Assembly: GCA_965285935.1 (NCBI GenBank)
Contig: OZ260661.1
Location: 102,610,001 to 102,674,000, forward strand
DNA from: Ophelia neglecta
Taxonomy: Eukaryota
Length of the DNA stretch: 64,000 nucleotides
Direction of reading: 5' to 3'
The notes below the pieces were generated by a model that was given only the letters and a program-made list of their open reading frames with translations, was not told the DNA's origin and ran no database searches. Positions 12,901 to 22,991 of the stretch are shown here, piece by piece. The position numbers and the translations under genes are program-made. Within the stretch, counting starts at the first letter, position 1. Every line of letters starts with the position of its first letter.

Positions 12901-15899
12901 AAAAAAAATTGTCAGTCGACAGTGACTATTCTATATTACAATGACCAGAAATTATTCAGGGAAGTCTTATTGGCCAAGGTTAAATGTCAAAATATATAGG
13001 ATGTTAGTTTTGTTCCAACGATGGTCTTTGGTGATAGATTATTGCCTGCTTATATATCTGTGTCTAGAAAACGAGGCAGATATTGTTTATTCTGCGCATA
13101 GCATTAAAGAATAATGGAATCATTTTATGAGGAATGTAAGTAACAGGTCCTACAAGGTTATTCATACTGTCCTACAAGGTTATCCACATTGTTCCATAAT
13201 CAGCGGCAGACTGATCGGTCGAAGGCAACAGAGTCACTCAGAACGTAAACAAGCTAAATGCATACCAGATGCCAAATCGCCCGACCCATTTTGATATCTA
13301 TATTTTAGTAAGTTTAATGATAACATCTACACATAAGTGCCACACTGGGAATGGTTGACCTTTGTCTTGAAAACGGAGATTGCATTATATCATTTATCCA
13401 TTAACAAACATTTAGAATGCATCCTTGAATCTGATTGATTAAGTATTGGTTTAATGAACAAATCAATACCATTGCAGCAACAGAATTGAATCCGAAAATG
13501 TTTATAATTGTAGCTATTCACCCAGGATGTGTGGTTGTTCTGGCTGTTCAAATGTGGTGTAGTACTGCTCGAAGTGAACGCAGGTTTCGGATTTTAGTGT
13601 TTACAAAAAATATATATAATGAGTTCTTTGTATGAATAGGAACAATGGTTAAAACTCAAGCGGATGTGACACTTACTATAGAGCCCGGCTATAGAGCTTA
13701 CACCTATTCGGAATTTGTTTAATACGAGCTAGTTGAATTATAACATTATTCAAAGAGATTCTCGATCCCTTCCCTGTCTTGAATAACATCGTATTCACCA
13801 GAGGGTTGCCTAGCGTCGATATACAGACAAACACCGCTCTCTTTTCTGATCGTATTTTCTGATTGGAACTGTCTCTGTAGGTGCCTGTTCGTGTCCACAT
13901 AATCCAAGCAGAGTTGGGTGTAATAAGATTATCTGCCTAGTCGAGTTAGGAAGTATCTGGTCCAAAGTTAACAGAGCTCACGGAAAGATTTGATTTGTGA
14001 CTCGCCGTCTGCCCTTTGTTGAATGATAGTGGTTCAAAGCTCGTAAGATGCTCTGGCATCTTTGATCACGTAGTTCGTTCTTTGATGTTTTTGGCGCAGT
14101 TAACATGATTTTGTGACCAAATCAGAGTCAGCAATAAACTGTACAAGGGGAAATTCAGCATTTCATTCTCGAAAAGTGCCTTTTTTTTGGTATTAAATGG
14201 TTTATCCTTTACTCCAAACTTCGACAGTTTTTATGACCATTTTCCCACCAAGCATATTGGACTTTTGTCGTCATTTTCCTTGCTAATTCATCATCTGTAT
14301 ATCTCAATGCTTCCAAATACCTAAGTATTTATATCCTTTTACAGCATATGCCAAAGGTCTATGTTAATTTTGGCAATTATCGAATGCAGTGGCTCCAAGT
14401 GTAGGGAGAGAAGGCCTCGTTTTCAGATGCATTATAAGTGTAAGATACAGAAGGGAATGGTGGCTTTGATATGAGCGCGCACAAAGGGCTACGGGAAACC
14501 CACCTTCTAAAATCTATAGAATATTGTAATTGAAATATCATGAATGAGGTGAGAGATTGCTTTAATGGCACGTGATTGCCCATGCAAAGCATGGGATTTC
14601 TGAACGAATTAAGGCCCTTTTCTTGATTGTTGATTTCGATTTGTCTTTCGGCTGTTTAGTCACGTTCATTTTATCAGGCTTTAAATAACACACTTTTTCC
14701 GTGAGTAAAGAGTTCCCCCATTGAGGGAAATAGTTATGGGATCTGGTGCCTCGAGGGATTATGCCAAAGGGGATAAGGCATTTGAAGCATATGAAATGAT
14801 GGTGCCCTACCAATAATGGCAGTTCCCCATATTTTCCTACATATATTAATGCAACATCAATGAAATTTTAAGTCATTCTTGAGTTATTTCTTTGAGACCA
14901 AAACTCTCTTATCTCACATTTATAAAAGAGCTTAGTCCATCGTGGATTCCAGGGTTCATTTCATCTTTGTCCTACGTCTGGACTATTGTCTCGTTTGTTT
15001 TGCGCTTTGACTCACATTATGGCAGACTTTCTTTAATTACTTGTTAATTTGGTACAAGCTTATTTACATTTAGGAAACCTGGGGTGGACTCTTGGGCGCC
15101 TGCACTTGTCGGTTCCTGATAATTCCAGACGGAGTTCATTGGGAATTCCTTTATTGCTGCTTTTGCTTTGACTTTCAGGTATTAAGCCTTGTTTTTTATT
15201 CTAAGGTAAAACCTACCATTCAGTTAAGGCTGTGATATCCTATCATTGCTTGGCCTTCTAATACAATTGATCCAAGTCTGTATTCAAGGAAATTATTCAA
15301 GAGTCACCCGCTAAACAAGTAACTTTTAACTCGTGTGTTTTCATTCCTGTAATTTATGTACATTTTAAGTAGAACATAGCTTTGCAAATGTATTGATGTT
15401 TGTAAATAGACAGTTTAAGCACTCTCTCTCTCTCTATATATAATATAACACTTTGTCTTACTTCGTTAATCATCTAGCGTAATACTATAAGCTTTAGTAT
15501 TAAGCTAATGTATGTTAATTTTCATATGAGCGGATGCTTCTTGTTAAGGCGTACTCTTTAAAAACTTGTTTAACGAGGGCGTGTCAGTGTATTGTACCGC
15601 AGGACAATTTCTTATTATGTATGAAAATCATACAAAAGCAAAAAATTATATATTGTTTTTATAATTCTTATTTTTCCAATTAACAACTTAAATATAACAT
15701 TGCAAAAATTATATATTTTTATTAGTTTGACGGCACCGTGCACTTCGGAAATATGAAAAGGAGGAATTGTAAAAAAGAAATTTATCAAATGGTCTGAACA
15801 GTTTGGCTTTTTAAATATACAATGCAGATTGTACTTAATACTATTATGCTTTCTTGTGCCACTTCTAGGATCAACTGACTTCTGTCATCTTTAAATAAA

Positions 15900-18800
15900 A
15901 CAAACTGAGGAAAATATTTTCACTAGATTTCTTTTATATGAGTTAAAGTAATTTACAATTTATTGCAAAATGGTGGAATATTGCAACGACGTTATCGTAT
16001 AATACAAGATGGTAAGACGCCAGTTCTTTTTAATGCGAACTTCAGAAGAGAGAAATCGATTTCAGTAAGTGAGTGATCTCGTCGTATTTACACATTGACA
16101 GGTGCAAGAAACTACAAGAACATAGTGTATATTTAAATACAACCGCAACCTTCAAATGTTCCAATTAGTAGCGTGAATTACATATGTTATAACCATCAGA
16201 ACACTAAATCTTTCATGCCAGATCTTCATCCTTATTTATGGTCATAGATAACAGTATTTATGATAAGAGTAACTGTGCTACATTAGCATCGGAAGACAGA
16301 AATGTTCGATACCCTTGAATCTGATAACAAAATATCCATGTAAAAGGTACAAGGCAGATAACTAGCAAAAAACATCGTTTTCCAATAAAAATGTCTTGCT
16401 ATTATTATAAATTAATACACTATTTTACCTATCAGGAAGAGTACATAGTAAGAAGGAGGTTTTTAAAGACAAGCTATGTAAAGTGTACAGAAGTTTTGCG
16501 AAATACTAATAACAATCGACAAAGCTCAAGAGAGCAAAATGTGCACTCATCCCATTTTAAATGACTTCCAACTTTAAATGTTCAAACCCAAAATTAATAA
16601 GCCGTACAGTGTTGATTACGTGAAAACAGTTAACTTGAGCTTACCTAATATAAGTGTTAACAATTCAAGATAAGAATTCAATTACATGATTAACAACTGA
16701 CAGGTGCGAGGTATATCTGTATATATATTTATATGTAATAAGATTAGTAAAAGATAACATGTATTTTGATATGATAAAACATTTCTTTTCTCAGTAACCT
16801 TACATCATTTCGAGACGTGAGCGTGTACCTATACTGCAATAGTGGCAACACTATAAAAAACTGTGTCGAATAATAATATTTACAAGACTCGACGTGCATA
16901 TTGCATAGTAAAAAAGTTATAACTGTACAGGAAAAAGTCATTAATGATGAGCTTTGAAAAGCCGTGAGCAATGAATTCTCAAACATATAATTAATTAGTA
17001 GGTATTGCATATGAAATATATTAAATGTTGGCATACAGCTACAATAATATTTAATGTGTCACTTATATGAACATCTAGTTGTGAACACATGAAGAAAAAA
17101 ATTGCTCAAACCCCTCCAGCTAAACTTGCTACCGGTCGACTCAGTAGAAATAAGCATACGCCCTGTGTCTCATATGTATTCCAGTTTAATGTAAGCATTA
17201 ACATTTAGGAATGGGACACATCAAGGCATTCTACATAAAGTAATGTAAATCAATGGTACACTACACCACGCTTAGATACGTTACTGAATCAAGCCTTACA
17301 AAAAGAGATCTAGTGCCTTAAAACACTACTCGGTCTGGTTAGGGAAGCAAACATCTACTGAGGCTAAATACGAGGCGAAGTTGAATCTAGACAACAAAAC
17401 ACATGCTTGTAGGAAATAGCAATGAAATTGCTTTTTCATGAAATGGGGATGGTCGTTAATAACCATGTACAATAACCTTGCTCTCCTCCCCCCCCCCCCT
17501 CCCCTCAGGATCCTTGTTTCATTAAGAAGTGGAAATATGATGAAGGTGTAAGTCAGCACTTTTGGCTTTAAGCAATCCAATGCTGCTGATCCAAAGGCTA
17601 AGGGGGCTCCCGATTTCTCAATATTTAAACGACCAACCAAAGGTGGGGACCGGAACTGGTTCACCCTAGAAAAGTTATTGAACGCCCAGACTGCTGCCGT
17701 GGATGCATTCATCCTAAGGCAGACGGCACCAAAATAATGACCAAACTACCGGCCGGCGTGATTTTTACCAGTCTCCGGTGAAATATCTTGTCATCGCCCA
17801 TGGTCACCATAAAACATAATGCATCGTGGTAATTTAAAGGCAGTGGGGACAGCAATTGTTCTCTATTGCATTTGACATGCATCTGTCACTTCACTTCCCC
17901 AAAACTGCACACCGAAGCGTGTTACAATATATAATGTATTACATCCTCAATGTCAATGGAGGAAAGCAACATGGCACACAGCCCAAGGCTGGAAGATGTA
18001 TAAAACGGTATTACCACAGACAATATTGATCGTCGGGGTAGTGCTTGACATAACATTCATAGAAGAACAACATTGCTGTTTTCTATTTGCTGGCAATCGG
18101 GTCTCCCATCATACCAGGAGACTTCAGTCCGTTACTGGTGAATATGGGCGTCGATAAAGTCGATTACTGTGCCAAAGCCACTAAAGTCTGGGCCAATATG
18201 GGTGCCATCTTATTAAACATCCTCTTCTAGCAGGAGAAGGACCAGAAAGGAGTAGAGACACGCCTATGTGTGTATGAAGCACAGCCACACAGAATCACAG
18301 TATATCTGACTTTGTGGGGTTGCAAAGCACTGCAACAAATGGGCACTTAAAGAGGTTCTTCGTGTACATAGAAATACAATTAAAGATAAAAGATTGAGTT
18401 CATTCTTCCAGACCCCACTGGATAGGCAGTTTAGCATACATAAGAGGGACATGTCTGTGTTATGCCTCAGTATGAAAGACTATAAACACATTCAAGTGTT
18501 AACGCATTCCCTATACCAAAGTTAAGTAGTCTGAGTAAGACATTCTAATACCGATCCGAACCATATCACCAACATACTTCTAATGGATTCCTTGTTTGAT
18601 TTCACTTGCAGTTTCAATATTCACACAGCATAGATCAGTAATTGCAAATAGAACACCAGGAGCAATACAATTTCAAAAACACTATTTATCTTATGAACTG
18701 CAAAATAACAAGACCTCCATTAGATAGGATAGCTCCGGTTTGTGATCGGTTATCATATAATCTCAGTGTGGTGATCATGCAATTCCAAGTGAGTCATTTC

Positions 18801-21608
18801 AATTATATTAAGTGCGTGGTGGTGGTGCAGGTTGTGTTGGAGGTGGTGGTAAAAATGGGAATTGCACCAACATACCAGCAATTAAATGACAATGGCAACA
18901 AAAGGAGCAATCGTTCATCAACACGTAGATACCTGATATTATGAAGTGATACCATTAAACATACAATCATCCGAGAAACTGTCCTATACGAGGCATTTGT
19001 GTACCAGGACTTCTTCGTTTGAGCAAATATAAATACCTTAGAATATCAGCGAAATTGTGCGCATCCACCTTCTGCATTCAGCTATTGGTGGGTTAACGTA
19101 GCTCACGCTACCAATCACAAGTCAAGCGAAGAATCAAGCCACAAAAAATCACGTGGCTTTCGGTGTAGTTGATTTAGTCACAAATGACTAGATTGCTTTG
19201 AAATATGCAGACATTGCATGTCCGTAGACACGGCACACAATAACGCCGGCTGACACTTGCCGGCGTTCTTCGCCAAACATCAAGCACGAGGAACGAAAAG
19301 GGACATGAACGTGATTTGTGAAAGCCAGGCAGCAACAGGGCCAAATGCAAGTGTGGCTAGCTTCACCTCATTCTTAGACCGCGGTGCTCAGGTGTTTTCA
19401 ATGCTCGGTATATTGCGCATTTGGTAAATCACATCCGGGGATTAATTTACATCGGATTTGCCGCTCAAAAAATGAAAAACTCTTATTTTTGACCAAAACA
19501 TGCCAGAGTTGATATATCATGCTTTAAAGCGAAGGCGAAATTCTGAGAATGTAGAAATACCTACGCTTTTAGTGGAAAATACAGATATATAATAATTTCA
19601 TTGTTTATATAAAAAAATAGTATGATAATTGTAGTCCACAATAAGAGTGCCAAAAAGAGTTATATTCCCTTATATGATCATAAACTGTGTTTCTTCCCCT
19701 TTAATGATGTGTTCCAAGCATTTTAACCGCACCGGATAAAGTTTATATTAGGCATATAGTTGCATTTGAATATGATACTGCCATAGTCACTGAGCCACCA
19801 TGGATAACTGACTGACAAATGCACCATAGCCTTGGCCACAAGCTGCGGCACTATCGTTGTTCATTGCAGAATGCAGGATTAAAATCCTCGAACATTTCGA
19901 CCCATCTTTACTAGGCGCGCTTCCCTAAAGTGCCCTCTTCTTCAAGAAGCGTTCGGCCACATGCTTTAGAGATCTCTACAAGGAGCTAAAATTGCACGCA
20001 AGTGAACTGGCCACTTATTATATAGTTCCTTGTGTGAGAAGTCCCGAGCCTGGAGCCTGGAACAATATATTACCGTATTGCTCGGTTAAAATAGGGGACT
20101 TGTCACATTGCCGAGAATGTGTATTCCCTGCTCGCCTGATTTCTGTGGTTGGAACGGCACGAACACAGACATGGCTCCGATGGTTTTACTGATGAGAAGC
20201 TATTGATTGAGACTAATCAGCCGATATAGGGCCTTAAGTGGGAAGCGTCTGCTTAACAACAACGACTTGCGATAAACATGGGACGTAATGCAAGGGAGTC
20301 ATCCACGGATAAGTATCCAAACTGAGGACAGCCTTATATTCAGGCGACATTCCAATATTCAGTTTCTAAACCAGTGAGAGTAAACATTTGTCGGTATAAT
20401 AAAAAAGGCTTTCCTCGGTGCTCAACGTCTGACATATTCAGCGTATATCTAATATATTATCATACATTATTGCCATGTATGATGTTCAGCCGCAAACCCC
20501 TGGGTCTCCCTGCTCCCCCTCGGCTATCGGGAGGCCCAAATACATAACTTAAATAAGACCGGACTCCATATTATTTTTTGTAGGTGGACCTCAATGCAGC
20601 ATAAGCAAATTAAACAACACACGACAATGTCATGTGCTTCATTCATTCACTACACAAAGGGAACCCCGCATACACGTGCTTCAAACAGAATCTTACAACC
20701 AGATCAAAAATAACAACAACAGAAACAACAACACAACGGCCGAATCAGGCTCAACGGATGAGAATGAGACGACCGAGTACGTTTGTCGCTGCCGAATTCA
20801 CACACGCAGACACAATTTCATCGTTCAGCACATCGCCTTGTACAACATCTCACATACCAACTTGCACGCACCTTACACACCATTTTACGTGTTATCATGT
20901 GTACGGGGAGCACAATTCTGTGGTGATGAATAATTTAATTATGCTAAATGTACAGTTCACTACTACCACACGTTAAAGAAGGAGCTTCTCGTGTCTTTTG
21001 AGCGATAATGCCAGTTAAATAAAAAACAGGAATTTATACATCGCAATAATATGATATCAAAGAAAATTATATTAATGGTGAATAAAGACCTAAAATGGAA
21101 ATTAGTAGTTTCTAGAAAAAACAATTAAGACTTTAAAAGATATAAGACTTAAAATATATAAAATTCTTGGAACAATTTTGACTTAAAATCTTCGTAGTTA
21201 ATTAGGCCAAGCTCTCAAATTTCGAAAAGCAAGAACAACCTTATCTTAAACAATGAAATGAAATTAAAGGGAGCCACGTAAATCCGCGAAGAAAGACGTG
21301 ATCCTAAATAAAATAAGATCTGATACTTTTAAAAGTGGTAAGGAAACTAGAAAGTATAAATTTGAATATTAGTATTTATGCAGGTAGAATGCATAACACG
21401 TGTATTAAAAAGGCCGAACGTGAGTGTCATTAGAGAGGTGCACATACAGAAACTGGCAAATAGGTGTCTATAGTAGTATAAAACTGGAGCTCGACCAATC
21501 ATTATTGGTCTGACACAGAGAAGATGCTGGTTTGTCAGTGCATAAATTACAGCTCTGTTCCAACGAGGAGCACTCGTACAGGAGTGCCGACGTCGGGAGA
21601 GCCGAAAC
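15900..21608 (-). other. Probable long 3' UTR of Kv copy A
   Basis: U-rich on the minus strand, with blocks conserved against copy B. AATAAA on the minus strand at 15959-15964 (AATACA in copy B) lies close to where paralog homology ends. Confidence 0.5.
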
Positions 21609-22991
21609 TTACGCACTGATATACCCCCTTCCTTGGTCATGCCTGTAGAAGTTGTTGAAGTTCGCCACTACCACGGGCACGGGTAAAGCAATCGTCAGTA
21701 CTCCTGCGATCACACATAGGGCACCGACTAATTTGCCCCAGACACCAACAGGTGTGACATCGCCATAGCCCACGGTCGTCATGGTCACGATGGCCCACCA
21801 AAAAGCTCCTGGTATGGAAGTCAGCTGGGTGTTTTTTTCTCCGGCTTCTGCGTAATAGGCTGCGGAACTGAATATCACCATGGCAACGATGAGGAAGAAG
21901 AAGAACATGCCTAACTCGCGCAGGCTCGTCTTTATAGTCAATCCAAGAATGCGTAATCCTGCTGAATGCTTTGACAGTTTGAATACTCGGAAGACTCGTA
22001 GCACGCGTATGAATATGAACGATCCACTCTTTTTGGCATTCTCACAGTTTCCTGCAGTTGACACTGTGATTAATGTAATAAAATAGGGCAAAATTGCCAA
22101 AATATCAAATATATTCATAATGTTTTTGCAAAAAGTGAACTTCGAAGGCGTTGCCACCAGTCGAAGAATAAATTCAATTGTAAACCACGAAACACAGACC
22201 GATTCAATCATAAAGAACACGTCATTGTAGTTTGGCTCCAGGTGGTAACTTAGCCCATTGTCCGATGTAACATTTACACATTGATCTCGAACAAATGTAG
22301 GCAACGTCTCTAGGCAAAAGTTCACAATTGATATAAGAATGCAGGTGACAGATATAATCGCAAACACTCTGGCGGCTCGCGAGCTGTCCGGCTCCTCGCA
22401 AAATAGGTACAATTTCCTTTGCCAGTCCTTTTTGGGGAGTATTTTCACCTCCTCCATAAGGAATCCTTCTTTCTCTTTGTAGTCGTGTATAGTTTCTTCG
22501 CCAAGCTGGTAAAACTCGAGTTCCTCGAGGAAAATGTCCTCGGGGACCTCGATCGGTCTCCGCAATCGGCCCCCGCTCTGATAGTAATACAGAATCGCTT
22601 GGAACGAGGGCCGATGTCGGTCGATGAAGAACTCATTTCGTCGAGCGTCCCAGAACTGTTTCCGCTTCATCGGGTCACCCAGGAGTGTTTCCGGAAAGCG
22701 GTTGAGCGTGCGCAGTTGTGTCTCGTAGCGTTGGCCACTGACGTTGATGATGACTCTCTGGCAACCGGCCTTGATGCAGTCGTGATGCTGGTCCAGGATT
22801 TCCAGACAGGGCGGGGGTTGTAACTCCACCTGGTGCTGAGGGGTGCCACCACCACTCCCCACATTCTCGTATTTACTGCCGCGAGAAGACAAAGAGACAC
22901 GACCATTAGAAAAATTAGTTAAAGGAATCAGCGTGCCCTCAGGGCCAACAATAGACTTACGGTACTGTAGCAGAGCTGCGTTTATAGCCAT
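21609..22991 (-). CDS. KCNA: Shaker/Kv1-family voltage-gated potassium channel alpha subunit, copy A (460 aa, intronless CDS)
   Basis: T1 domain (RVIINVSGQRYETQLRTLNRFPETLLGD...YYYQSGGRLRRP), S1-S6, S4 RVLRVFRVFKLSKHS, pore TMTTVGYGD, S6 gate ALPVPVVV. The ATG at 22991 (cacaagATGG) matches the paralog start MAINAALLQYRKS. The track start at 23024 is a non-ATG extension. Confidence 0.96.
   Translation of the reverse strand: MAINAALLQYRKSIVGPEGTLIPLTNFSNGRVSLSSRGSKYENVGSGGGTPQHQVELQPPPCLEILDQHHDCIKAGCQRVIINVSGQRYETQLRTLNRFPETLLGDPMKRKQFWDARRNEFFIDRHRPSFQAILYYYQSGGRLRRPIEVPEDIFLEELEFYQLGEETIHDYKEKEGFLMEEVKILPKKDWQRKLYLFCEEPDSSRAARVFAIISVTCILISIVNFCLETLPTFVRDQCVNVTSDNGLSYHLEPNYNDVFFMIESVCVSWFTIEFILRLVATPSKFTFCKNIMNIFDILAILPYFITLITVSTAGNCENAKKSGSFIFIRVLRVFRVFKLSKHSAGLRILGLTIKTSLRELGMFFFFLIVAMVIFSSAAYYAEAGEKNTQLTSIPGAFWWAIVTMTTVGYGDVTPVGVWGKLVGALCVIAGVLTIALPVPVVVANFNNFYRHDQGRGYISA

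Larger units (their letters stand above)
1560..15170. repeat. Local degenerate ~250-350-bp repeat family, at least 6 copies in both orientations
   Basis: Core ccatgatg..agtcaga..aaacaaacgagtc..tggtc...ggacaragatgaaat on + at 1750-1810, 3926-3990 and 11765-11803, and reverse-complemented at 8045-8100, 11174-11248 and 14958-15022. The adjacent block attcgttacaagtttattta is also shared. Confidence 0.75.

Noticed and set aside
13881-13993. Possible Cys-containing exon (GACSCPHNPSRVGCNKIIC...)
   Set aside because: Short, ends in a stop, no recognisable family and no partner exons.
22419-22823. 134-aa plus-strand ORF conserved in both duplicates (also 32401-32805, 21880-22086, 31862-32068)
   Set aside because: Antisense shadows of the Kv CDS. 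Their conservation follows from the sense-strand identity.
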